A stretch of DNA of 64,000 nt from Clostridia bacterium (lineage in GTDB: Bacteria; Bacillota; Clostridia; Christensenellales; CAG-314): assembly GCA_036654455.1 (NCBI GenBank), contig JAVVRZ010000004.1, forward strand, positions 199 to 64,198, written 5' to 3'. Shown here in pieces: positions 39,870-48,365 of the stretch (its first letter is position 1; each line of letters starts with the position of its first letter). The notes under the pieces are model-generated. The model had not been told where the DNA came from. It worked only from the letters and a program-made list of their open reading frames with translations, and ran no database searches. The position numbers and the translations under genes are program-made.

Positions 39870-41375
39870 TTATAAGTTATCCGGCAAGTCATTTTGAAAG
39901 ACTAGCGTAGAGTGGGTCGAGTAATGCGCTTGACAAATTTTTACGGCGTCTTGTAAATTTTTAGCTTTTATAGCGACTTTGTTTCCAGTAGCGTAACCTT
40001 GACTAATTGCTTGGGAATTTTTACCGATAACTACTAATAAATCTACGCTTAAAGACATTTTTTGCCCGACTTTAAAATTTATATCATAGCTTGCCGAACC
40101 CACTTCGACTATGCCTTGACTGATTGCCATTTTTTTGCCGTCAAATAAATCTAAGGTTTGGCACAAAGCTTCAACTCCGCTTAAATTTGCGTTATAGCTA
40201 TCGTCGATTACGGTGATATTTCCCACTTTTGTTAGACTTAGTCTGTGTAGGGTAGGGGTAAGGTCAAGGCAAGTTTTTGCGATGTCTTGCGTGTTTACGC
40301 CTAATTTAAGGGCAAGCATACTAGACAAAGCTATATTGGTCAAGTTGTGTTTTCCTAGCAGTTTTGTTTGGCAAGGCAAAGATATTTCTTGATATTTTAT
40401 GGTAAAATTGCTACCTAAATAACTACAACTTATGTTGTTTATAGATAGTTCGCCTTTTTCGCCTGCGGTAAACTTTTGACATTTGCCTAATGCGAGATAT
40501 TCTTTGCAGTTATTGCAATCGCTGTTAATTATACACAAGTCATTTTGTTCTAAATAATCTAAAACTTCGCCTTTGGCTTTTATAATATTTTCAATAGACT
40601 TAAAAGTTTCTAGGTGACAAGTGTCAATTCCCGTAATAATTGCAAATTTAGGTTTGACCATTTGACATAAGTAACTTATGTCGCCTAGCCTTTTTGCGCC
40701 CATTTCATAGATACAATAGTCGCAGTCAAGGCTAGTAGTGTTGACGAATTTTGCAATGCCTAAGGGCGTATTGTAACTTGATGGGGTAACTACGCAATTA
40801 TATTTTTGACTAAGCATTTTATATAAAATGTTTTTTACGCTTGTTTTACCATAGCTACCCACAATAGCTATTGATATTGCTTTTGACGAGCAAATTTTTG
40901 TTTTAGCTTTTTTTATGTAGTAATTATTAATATGTTTTTCTATCGGTAAATTAATTAAGTTTGCGCTAGCAAGCAGTAGCGGAAGAAAAATATAAGTTAT
41001 AATGAAAGCGAGTAAGACTTGTTTTAAACATATTTCTAGCGTGACTAAAAGGATAACGCAGACAACACAGTAGGAACAAATCAGTCTAATCAAGCGTTTT
41101 GTGTACTTGATATTTGTCTTAAATTTAATCTTAAATGACAAGGCTAGCATAATTAAAGAGAAGGCAAGTATTAAGTATTCTTGATATTTGTCAAATAGAA
41201 ATATAAGCAAAAATGACAATAAAAAACCTAAGCAAAAAAGCCAAAATTTATCTTTATATACTTTAAAAAAAGTCTTATTAAACTTATAAGATTGCAGTTG
41301 TAAAAACAATAAGTACTTTTTACAAGCGTACAAACAAACAAATAAGGCTGGCAAGCTTAGTATGTATTTAAGCAA
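39870..41375 (-). CDS. murF: Mur ligase (MurF-like) with N-terminal polytopic membrane domain
   Basis: GSYGKTSVKN P-loop and Mur ligase middle/C domains, adjacent to ddl. The first ~135 aa are 4-5 hydrophobic helices. Confidence 0.7.
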   Translation of the reverse strand: MLKYILSLPALFVCLYACKKYLLFLQLQSYKFNKTFFKVYKDKFWLFCLGFLLSFLLIFLFDKYQEYLILAFSLIMLALSFKIKFKTNIKYTKRLIRLICSYCVVCVILLVTLEICLKQVLLAFIITYIFLPLLLASANLINLPIEKHINNYYIKKAKTKICSSKAISIAIVGSYGKTSVKNILYKMLSQKYNCVVTPSSYNTPLGIAKFVNTTSLDCDYCIYEMGAKRLGDISYLCQMVKPKFAIITGIDTCHLETFKSIENIIKAKGEVLDYLEQNDLCIINSDCNNCKEYLALGKCQKFTAGEKGELSINNISCSYLGSNFTIKYQEISLPCQTKLLGKHNLTNIALSSMLALKLGVNTQDIAKTCLDLTPTLHRLSLTKVGNITVIDDSYNANLSGVEALCQTLDLFDGKKMAISQGIVEVGSASYDINFKVGQKMSLSVDLLVVIGKNSQAISQGYATGNKVAIKAKNLQDAVKICQAHYSTHSTLVFQNDLPDNL

Positions 41376-41400
41376 ACTTCTCTCCCAAAATAACTATTAT

Positions 41401-42111
41401 TTAGCCTTCTAGGTAGGCGTTTAAAATGCCGTTAAATAACGTTGGACACTCTAAAAATGGAAAATGTCCGCAAGGCAAGGTTACTAGGCGACTATTTTTT
41501 ATAAGTTTATTAAATTTTTTGCCCATAGCAAGTTTGGTTTCTTGGTCGTGTTCGCCCCAAATTAACAGGGTTGAAGCCTTAACCCTACGGGCGTACTTTG
41601 CTAGCGAGGTATTTACCGCTTTGACAAATATCGCCCGCATAACGCCGTCACACGCCTTGTAATCGCCACTTTGAAATTTTTTTAGCTTATTTTTGTCGAC
41701 AAGCCTTAGTTTTACCAAGCATTTACACCACTTGTACCGTAAAATTTTAAGCCGTGTTTTTAGCGATTTTTGTATAAGTCCTGCGCTATCCACAAGGACA
41801 ATTCCCTTAATTATTTTTGGGTACTTAGCGCCTAGAACTATGGCAATTCTTCCGCCAAAACTGTGACCGACAACTATAACTTTCTTTACATTTTGCGCTG
41901 TCAAATAGTCGTAAATTTGGTTTGCGTAGTCTAGTATACTCAATGGTTCTTTGGGAATTTGCGTTTTGCCAAAGCCTGCAAGGTCGGGAGAAAGGGTAAA
42001 ATATTTATGTTTTAAAAAGTCAATTTGTCCTTTAAATATCGAACCGTCGCTTCCCCAGCCGTGCAAAAAGAGAATGGCAAATTCGCCATTCTCTTGTGTA
42101 AATTCTAACAT
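41401..42111 (-). CDS. alpha/beta hydrolase
   Basis: LHGWG and GHSFGGR nucleophile elbow, 236 aa. Confidence 0.7.
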   Translation of the reverse strand: MLEFTQENGEFAILFLHGWGSDGSIFKGQIDFLKHKYFTLSPDLAGFGKTQIPKEPLSILDYANQIYDYLTAQNVKKVIVVGHSFGGRIAIVLGAKYPKIIKGIVLVDSAGLIQKSLKTRLKILRYKWCKCLVKLRLVDKNKLKKFQSGDYKACDGVMRAIFVKAVNTSLAKYARRVKASTLLIWGEHDQETKLAMGKKFNKLIKNSRLVTLPCGHFPFLECPTLFNGILNAYLEG

Positions 42112-42137
42112 AATCTTTCCCTATTATATTTGTTTAT

Positions 42138-42584
42138 TTATAACTTTTTGACCATAACATAAGCGTCTTTGCTATCAAAAAGTGGTTTGCTATAAAAGTT
42201 TTTTCTTGTAGAAATCACTTCGAAACCGTACTTGCCATATAACTTTAAGGCGTTTAAATTTTGAGTGTTTACTTCAAGAAATATTGCCTGCGTGTTATAA
42301 TCTCTTGCTTTTTTTATAAGTAGTTCAAGTAGTTGCGAACCGTAACCTCGACAAACATAAGGTTTGTCTACGACGATATTGTCAATATTACAGAAGTCAA
42401 TAGACACATTTAGACAAGCGTAACCTATAAGAATTTCGCCCAAAAACACGCCATAGATATCGTTACAAGGGTTTGCAAACATAGACAGTAACATTTGTCT
42501 GTTCCATCGTTCTTGCCCGAAGTTATTTTCTTCAAGCTTTATCAAGTTGTCAAGTTGTTCTTTATTGGTTAATTGTCGTATCAT
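42138..42584 (-). CDS. rimI: ribosomal-protein-alanine N-acetyltransferase
   Basis: 148-aa GNAT (RGYGSQLL) in the conserved tsaE-tsaB-rimI order. Confidence 0.75.
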   Translation of the reverse strand: MIRQLTNKEQLDNLIKLEENNFGQERWNRQMLLSMFANPCNDIYGVFLGEILIGYACLNVSIDFCNIDNIVVDKPYVCRGYGSQLLELLIKKARDYNTQAIFLEVNTQNLNALKLYGKYGFEVISTRKNFYSKPLFDSKDAYVMVKKL

Positions 42585-43185
42585 TTTTAGTTAACTCTTG
42601 TAATTTTTGTGTGTTAAGTTCTTCAATTGCCTGAGGTCTACGCAAATAAATCGGTTGCAGTTGGTCGCAGAAGTCATTTAAGGCAATTTTATCTTTTACA
42701 CATTGGCATATTTGTTTAGTGTAATCGCTTGCTAGGTCGTAGAGTATTCCGCCTTTTTCAAGCAAGGCTATTTTTTCTTTTTCTTCTATAATATGCGGAG
42801 CGACTATCTCAATATTTCTGTTGTAAGTTGCGCAATAGAATAAATTTCGTCCTGCGTCTTGTAAAACTACGCTATCGCCTTGTTTAGTATATGCTACAAC
42901 TTGCAAAGTGTTAATAGCTATCGCTCGGCTTTTTGGTAAAGCGGTTAAAAAGCCTTTTATGCTAGCGATACCTATTCTAATGCCTGTAAAACTGCCCGTG
43001 CCGACGTTGACGGCAAAGACCGAAATATCGCTTAGCGCAAGATTGTTTCTTTCCAGCAAAGTTTTGATGTTTAAGTTAAGATTGACGCTTTGCAAGCCTT
43101 GCTCGATTACGCTGTCGACTTCTTCTTCTTTTAATAGTATGCAATATTGTTTTGCGCTAGTTGTGTCAATTATCAAGGTGTTCAT
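42562..43185 (-). CDS. tsaB: tRNA t6A biosynthesis protein TsaB
   Basis: MNTLIIDTTS, GTGSFTGIRIG motif. Confidence 0.85.
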   Translation of the reverse strand: MNTLIIDTTSAKQYCILLKEEEVDSVIEQGLQSVNLNLNIKTLLERNNLALSDISVFAVNVGTGSFTGIRIGIASIKGFLTALPKSRAIAINTLQVVAYTKQGDSVVLQDAGRNLFYCATYNRNIEIVAPHIIEEKEKIALLEKGGILYDLASDYTKQICQCVKDKIALNDFCDQLQPIYLRRPQAIEELNTQKLQELTKNDTTINQ

Positions 43186-43586
43186 AGTTCAATCTCTCTT
43201 GTTGTTTGGTCGACTATTGTAATTTTTACCGTCTTATGCGTCTGGGGTATTAAGCTAGGGGCGTTGTCCGCCCACTCGATTACGCTAACGCTATTTGCCT
43301 CGTCGATTATTTCTTCTAGTCCCATATTTTGCGCTTCTTCTTGGTCAAGGCGGTAAAAGTCGAAGTGATTTAGCAAAATTTTACCTACGTAGCGATTATG
43401 AATTGCAAAAGTCGGGCTAGTTATTGTTTCTTTTACGCCTAGTCCGCTAGCAAGACCCTTACAAAAATGCGTTTTACCTGCGCCAAGTTCGCCTTGAAGC
43501 ACTACGGTATCGCCCTTGCAAAGAGTTTTTGCATATTGTTTTGCAATAGATATAGTTTGTTTTACGCTTGTACTAATATATTTCAT
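43182..43586 (-). CDS. tsaE: tRNA t6A biosynthesis ATPase TsaE
   Basis: GELGAGKTHFCKG Walker A, SPTFAI, 134 aa. Confidence 0.9.
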   Translation of the reverse strand: MKYISTSVKQTISIAKQYAKTLCKGDTVVLQGELGAGKTHFCKGLASGLGVKETITSPTFAIHNRYVGKILLNHFDFYRLDQEEAQNMGLEEIIDEANSVSVIEWADNAPSLIPQTHKTVKITIVDQTTREIEL

Positions 43587-43622
43587 ATAAGTTATTATAT
43601 CCTAATTAATATAATTTTGCAA

Positions 43623-44393
43623 TTAATTATGGAGCAAGGGGCTAAGAGGTTTGTACAATAAATAAGTAATCGCTCCAACAATAGTCAATCTAATTATGTT
43701 AAATGGAATTACGGCTAAGCAGATGTAATAAACATAGAAAGTATCTTTTGTTACGCCGTTATATAGTTTGCCGACAACATCAAGTAGACCCTGCCAATTT
43801 CCGCCAAACATAGCTTCTACGTAGAAGGGTATTATAATTAGTCTGTTTGCAAGCACCGAAGCGACAAGAGCGCACGCCATACCGCAAGCAATGCCGATTA
43901 AGGCGTTTTTCTTGCTCTTTTTATGTTTATAAATTAAGCTTGCCGGCAAGACAAAGGCAATGCCTATTAGTATGTCGCAAAGTTCGCCCACGCAAACCGA
44001 GCTTGTAAAAGGCATTTTTAAACAACATTTTAAAACAATTATTATTACGCTTGCAAGCGGTCCTATTGCAAAACCGCCTATTAGCGCAGGCATATCCGAA
44101 AATTGTATGTCAAGCCAAATAGGAAAGATAAACCCTAATGGAAATTTGACAAACATATACAATATATAGGATACGGCGGTAAGTATAGCCATACGGGCGA
44201 TATTTTTTGCCGTAAAGAACTTAGGCGAGCTAAGTTTTGTAATAGGCAAGGCTACCGTATCGTCTTTTAGTGTAGAAATTGTGTTTTGACTGTCTTGTTT
44301 ATTTGCCTCTTGACCTTGTTCTTGCGGTTTAGTTTCTTGTTCTTGTAGCGTAGGTTCTTTTTGATTTGTCTTTTTTTGTGATTTGTTGCTCAT
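43623..44393 (-). CDS. ribU: ECF-type riboflavin transporter S component with Q/E/K-rich N-terminal extension
   Basis: Polytopic ECF S-component-like protein directly downstream of an FMN riboswitch. Confidence 0.7.
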   Translation of the reverse strand: MSNKSQKKTNQKEPTLQEQETKPQEQGQEANKQDSQNTISTLKDDTVALPITKLSSPKFFTAKNIARMAILTAVSYILYMFVKFPLGFIFPIWLDIQFSDMPALIGGFAIGPLASVIIIVLKCCLKMPFTSSVCVGELCDILIGIAFVLPASLIYKHKKSKKNALIGIACGMACALVASVLANRLIIIPFYVEAMFGGNWQGLLDVVGKLYNGVTKDTFYVYYICLAVIPFNIIRLTIVGAITYLLYKPLSPLLHN

Positions 44394-44427
44394 AGTTTGC
44401 TCCTTTTGCGAAGCGTTTTTGCAATAA

Positions 44428-44460
44428 AAAACGCCCTAAAAAAAATAGGGGCGCAAAAAA
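44428..44460 (-). terminator. riboswitch expression-platform terminator
   Basis: Minus strand reads GCGCCCCTATTTTTTTTAGGGCG followed by TTTTTTATT, between the aptamer and the ribU RBS. Confidence 0.7.
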
Positions 44461-44464
44461 ATGT

Positions 44465-44585
44465 TCATTCTTTTCCCATCCGGACTATAACCGTCGGTAC
44501 AGGAATTACGCCTGTTCGGCACAGCTTTCGCTATGTTAATGGACTATTACCATCGGTAGAGATTTTCACTCTGCCCCAAAGAATT
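44465..44585 (-). promoter_or_regulatory. FMN riboswitch (RFN element)
   Basis: Minus strand reads TTCTTTGGGGCAGAGTGAAAATCTCTACCGATGGTAATAGTCC...CCGACGGTTATAGTCCGGATGGGAAAAGAA, matching the conserved RFN cores. Confidence 0.9.
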
Positions 44586-44611
44586 ATTAAATATTTGTAT
44601 ATTACGGATAG

Positions 44612-44640
44612 ATATTAACACTTGTTTTAGGCTTTGTCAA
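44612..44640 (-). promoter_or_regulatory. promoter TTGACA-N17-TAATAT for the riboswitch-ribU transcript
   Basis: Reverse complement of 44612-44640 is TTGACAAAGCCTAAAACAAGTGTTAATAT. Confidence 0.7.
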
Positions 44641-44677
44641 CTATGCAAAGAATATTTATTTAAGTAGCAAAATTCGT

Positions 44678-44706
44678 TTGACAAATACCATTATTGACTA
44701 GATAAT
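44678..44706 (+). promoter_or_regulatory. promoter TTGACA-N17-GATAAT for the MATE gene
   Basis: TTGACAAATACCATTATTGACTAGATAAT. Confidence 0.65.
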
Positions 44707-44748
44707 TATGTCGCTACGCATTAAAATATATGCGTAAAAAAGGAACAA

Positions 44749-46200
44749 ATGACAAAAACTATTAGCTTTACAAACGAAAAACATAGCGCATTAAAAGTTA
44801 TTCTTTTGCTTGCTTGGCCGGCAATACTCGAACAGCTACTTATTTCTCTTGTTCAATATGTAGATACTGCAATGGTAGGTAGTCTTGGCACTAACGCAAC
44901 CGGTTCAATCGCTCTTGTTACGCCGTCAATTTGGTTAGTCAATGGTATTTTTGCAGGTATTGCCATAGGTTTTTCTGTGCCGATAGGCAATTACATTGGG
45001 TCTAATCAACTTGACAAAGCTCGTAACGTTGCTAGGCAAGCCGTAATTGCGATAGGATTGCTTGGAATTATCGTTTCGATTTTAATGATTGCGCTTGCGC
45101 AGTTTTTGCCAACTTTATTAAAAGGCGAAGTTGCAATTCGCGCCGACGCTACCGGGTATTTGTCTATTATTGCCGCAGGATTTATTTTTAATATTACAAT
45201 TAATATTTGCTCGGGAATTTTGCGTTGTACGGGCGACACTAAGACGCCACTTCTTTGCAACCTTGCTACAAACGTAATTAACGTTGTTTTAAACTTTTTA
45301 TTTATATTTAGCACTCGTCAAATTACTATTTTTGGGTTTGAGTTTACGATGTGGGGCGCAGGACTAGGAGTTAAAGGGGCTGCGCTTGCTACTATAATTG
45401 CGCTAAGTTTTTCGGCGAGTATGTTATTTAGCAAGTTATTTAGAAAGAAGTTTGTAATTAACATTGTTCTTAAAGACATTCGCAAATTTGATAAAGAAGT
45501 TTGGAAAGATATGGTACGTATCGGTTCGCCCGTTGCAATTGAACGAGCGACGGTTTCGGTTGGGCAGATATTTATGACGGCTATTGTGACTGCGCTAGGT
45601 AAGGCCGCTCTTGCCGCTCACTATTTATCTATTGTAGCCGAATCATTTACATATATGCCTGCCTTTGGTTTTTCGGTTGCGGCTACTACCTTAGTATCGC
45701 AGTCGCTTGGCGCAAACAAACCTCAGCTTGCAAAAAAATATAGCAGACTATGTATAATAAGTGGTATGGTCTTTATGACTGTAATGGGCGTAGTCTTATT
45801 TTTTGCCTCTAATTTTTTAATAAGTCTTTTTTCACAAGACGCCGAAGTAATAGCCCTAGGTGGCAAGGTTTTAAAGATTGAAGCGTTGGCGCAACCGTTT
45901 TTTGCTTGCGCAATGGCGGTGACAGGGGTTTTGCGTGGCGCAAGAGATACAAAATGGCCGTTTTACATCAGCGCTATTGGTATGTGGGGCATAAGACTTC
46001 CGCTTGCGTTTATTTTAACAAAATATACTACGTTAGGCTTGACCGGAGCTTGGATAGGTATGGTTATAGATATGGTTTTGCGTGGCGTGCTTAGCTATTT
46101 TAGATTTAGGTCTAACAAGTGGAATAAACCTATAATTAACGATTTGCTTCCCGACAAAGAACTTACGCCAATCGACGAAGAAACAACTCTCGGCGTTTAG
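44749..46200 (+). CDS. MATE family efflux transporter
   Basis: 12-TM protein, N-terminus ..LLLAWPAILEQLLISLVQYVDTAMVGSLG is typical of MATE. Confidence 0.85.
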   Translation: MTKTISFTNEKHSALKVILLLAWPAILEQLLISLVQYVDTAMVGSLGTNATGSIALVTPSIWLVNGIFAGIAIGFSVPIGNYIGSNQLDKARNVARQAVIAIGLLGIIVSILMIALAQFLPTLLKGEVAIRADATGYLSIIAAGFIFNITINICSGILRCTGDTKTPLLCNLATNVINVVLNFLFIFSTRQITIFGFEFTMWGAGLGVKGAALATIIALSFSASMLFSKLFRKKFVINIVLKDIRKFDKEVWKDMVRIGSPVAIERATVSVGQIFMTAIVTALGKAALAAHYLSIVAESFTYMPAFGFSVAATTLVSQSLGANKPQLAKKYSRLCIISGMVFMTVMGVVLFFASNFLISLFSQDAEVIALGGKVLKIEALAQPFFACAMAVTGVLRGARDTKWPFYISAIGMWGIRLPLAFILTKYTTLGLTGAWIGMVIDMVLRGVLSYFRFRSNKWNKPIINDLLPDKELTPIDEETTLGV

Positions 46201-46389
46201 TATTTTTAGCCTCTTTTTACCAACCGTATAGCTTAGTATTTCAATTCGGCATTTTATAATGATAAACTAAGAAATGCGATTTTTAAGCAGTCAACAGCGC
46301 AATAGTTTTAATGTTTTTCTTTTGCAAGTTTACTAATTAATCGCTGAGAGATTTTTTTAAGGCTTATAGAAGAAAAGTCAAAAAAATAC

Positions 46390-46418
46390 TTGACTATTAT
46401 TTGTTTAAGTGCTAATAT
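46390..46418 (+). promoter_or_regulatory. promoter TTGACT-N17-TAATAT for tRNA-Asn
   Basis: TTGACTATTATTTGTTTAAGTGCTAATAT, ~25 nt upstream of the tRNA. Confidence 0.65.
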
Positions 46419-46442
46419 CTTTATGCTAATTGTTAGCAAATT

Positions 46443-46517
46443 TTCCTCCTTAGCTCAGCGGTAGAGCATCCGGCTGTTAACCGGAGGGTCGTTGGTTCAA
46501 ACCCAACAGGGGGAGCC
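46443..46517 (+). tRNA. tRNA-Asn (anticodon GTT), CCA encoded
   Basis: Acceptor TCCTCCT/AGGGGGA, D-arm AGCTCAGCGGTAGAGC, anticodon loop CTGTTAA, T-arm GGTTCAAACCC. Confidence 0.9.
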
Positions 46518-46523
46518 ATCTAG

Positions 46524-46565
46524 GTATACACTTATGTCTTAATCGACACGAGTGTATATTTTTTT
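46524..46565 (+). terminator. rho-independent terminator after the tRNA
   Basis: TATACACT..AGTGTATA stem followed by T8. Confidence 0.7.
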
Positions 46566-46849
46566 GCCCAAAATAAGTTTTGCAAGGATATTGACGAGTT
46601 TAGTAAGGGAATTAGCTAGTTTAGCAATGATTTTAATGAATTTAGCGAGGATATTCTCACATTTCTCAAATATTTTTAGCGAAAAGTCTTAAAGAGTTCT
46701 CGCTATTTTTATAAAGTTAACTAATCGGCACTATGTTAGAATTCGAATGTCCGCAAAACATACCCCGAAAACCCTAGTTAACTAACCCTCACCATTTGGA
46801 GAATCGAATGTACATAGCTTAATGAAGTATTAATGATAAAATATTTTTA

Positions 46850-46878
46850 TTGACTTTGTTTGAGTAGAAGAATATAAT
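46850..46878 (+). promoter_or_regulatory. promoter TTGACT-N17-TATAAT
   Basis: TTGACTTTGTTTGAGTAGAAGAATATAAT, 27 nt upstream of the decayed HTH ORF. Confidence 0.6.
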
Positions 46879-46904
46879 ATAAATAATACTTTGAGGAATT
46901 TGTT

Positions 46905-47040
46905 ATGGTAAAAGTAGAGTTGCAGTATATGACGACAAACCAAACGGGTAAGCTTTGGGGAATTTCTCAGCGAAGAGTTGGCGTCCTCTGCAAGTAAAAC
47001 CGCGTGGATAAAGACGGTTGTGGGCAAGTATAGTATTTGA
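46905..47040 (+). pseudogene. decayed small helix-turn-helix (mobile-element-type DNA-binding) gene
   Basis: MVKVELQYMTTNQTGKLWGISQRRVGVLCK*NRVDKDGCGQV*YL resembles the ..WGIS.RRV..LC..GRI.GA.K.G..W.IP family, but has two in-frame stops. Confidence 0.45.
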
Positions 47041-47126
47041 TTTAATTATCTTAAACAACTAGTTAACAATTGCAGATGCAAAAAACAAGGAGTTAGTCAA
47101 AAATTTGACAAAATGGAGGCGTGTAA

Positions 47127-47360
47127 GTGAAAGATTTAAGTTTATTAGAACAATATGAATTTTCTTTAAAAATGTTAAGCATAGTAATGCCTATCCTGGC
47201 TGTTATTATGGTTATTATTGGAATAATACTTAGTATAGCACTACAAAAAGTGTTTTGGGTTGGATTAATAATAGTTGCAATTGGATTAGGTGTCTTTGTG
47301 TTATTTGTATTAATTAGGAAATTTCTAATTTGGAAAATCAATGGTTTAAAAAATCTATAA
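47127..47360 (+). CDS. hypothetical small two-TM membrane protein
   Basis: GTG start with GGAGG 7 nt upstream. 77 aa with two long hydrophobic helices. Ends exactly where the cas7 remnant frame opens. Confidence 0.5.
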   Translation: MKDLSLLEQYEFSLKMLSIVMPILAVIMVIIGIILSIALQKVFWVGLIIVAIGLGVFVLFVLIRKFLIWKINGLKNL

Positions 47361-47697
47361 AAACATTGTGCCATACGCTTTATATAAAGCCGAAGGTTAT
47401 GTTCAATCGATTCTTGCAAATAAAACAGGCTTTGACGAGGAAGACTTGGAATTGCTTTGGAAGTCAATTTTGAATATGTTTGAAAACGACCACAGCAGTT
47501 TAAGGGGCAAGATGTGCATGAGAAAATTGATTATCTTTAAGCACGATTCGTTGCTTGGAAACGCTCCTTCGCATAAGCTGTTCGAACTAGTTAAAATCGT
47601 AAAAAAAGATGAAAACAAGGTTACGAGAAATTACAGCGATTATGATATTTCAATAAGTAGCGACATTTTAGAAGGCGTAGAAATCATTGAAAAATAA
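47350..47697 (+). pseudogene. cas7: C-terminal remnant (~105 aa) of type I-C Cas7 (Csd2)
   Basis: PYALYKAEGYV..NKTGFDEEDLELLWKSILNMFENDHSSLRGKMCMRKLIIFKHDSLLGNAPSHKLFELVK matches my recollection of the Csd2 C-terminus. The frame opens after a TAA at 47347. Its stop overlaps the cas4 ATG (TAATG). Confidence 0.7.
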
Positions 47698-48365
47698 TGG
47701 AAGAATACATAGCATTAAGAAGTATTCAACAGTTTTATTACTGTCCGCATAGATGGGGGCTTATGCAAATAAATTGCGATTGGGAAAGCAATTATTTTGT
47801 TGTGCAAGGAGATATTTTACACGAAAAAGTTGACATAAAAGAGCTAATAAAAATTGGTGATAAATATCAATATAAGAGCCTAAGCGTTTTCAATGAAGAT
47901 TACGGAATTTTTGGGATTGCTGACGTTCTTGAACTAAAGAAATCTAAAAAAGGCATAAGAATAGAGTTACTTAATGATAGCTTCGATGTGGAGATTGTAG
48001 AATTTAAAAATACATTTGGGAAAGAACAAAAATTAGACGATTTGTTGCAAATATACGGACAAAAATTATGCGTGGACAAGATGTTTGGTTGCAATTCTAA
48101 AGTTTGCTTTTATTATAATGATATAAAAAGAAGAAGTAACGTGGTAATAACTGAAAAAATCAAACAAGAATTTGAAAATACGATTATAAAAATCAAAGAA
48201 TATTTAAAGAACAACCAAATACCCGAAGTTAAAAAAGGACAGAAATGTAGCGGTTGCTCGCTTGAAAATATTTGTATGCCTATAAAAAGAAAGACAAAAA
48301 GTTTTATGAAAATGGTGGAAACAACAAATGAAGAAATTACTAAATACGCTTTATGTAACAAGTGA
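47697..48365 (+). CDS. cas4: CRISPR-associated exonuclease Cas4
   Basis: N-terminal Cys (YYCPHRWGL) plus C-terminal CSGCSLENIC cluster, RecB-like core, 222 aa. Confidence 0.85.
   Translation: MEEYIALRSIQQFYYCPHRWGLMQINCDWESNYFVVQGDILHEKVDIKELIKIGDKYQYKSLSVFNEDYGIFGIADVLELKKSKKGIRIELLNDSFDVEIVEFKNTFGKEQKLDDLLQIYGQKLCVDKMFGCNSKVCFYYNDIKRRSNVVITEKIKQEFENTIIKIKEYLKNNQIPEVKKGQKCSGCSLENICMPIKRKTKSFMKMVETTNEEITKYALCNK

Noticed and set aside
46830-47467. Minus-strand ORFs 46830-47027 (65 aa) and 47093-47467 (124 aa)
   Set aside because: They are antisense to the HTH pseudogene, the RBS-supported small membrane ORF and the cas7 remnant. They have no RBS and an odd composition, so I treat them as shadows.
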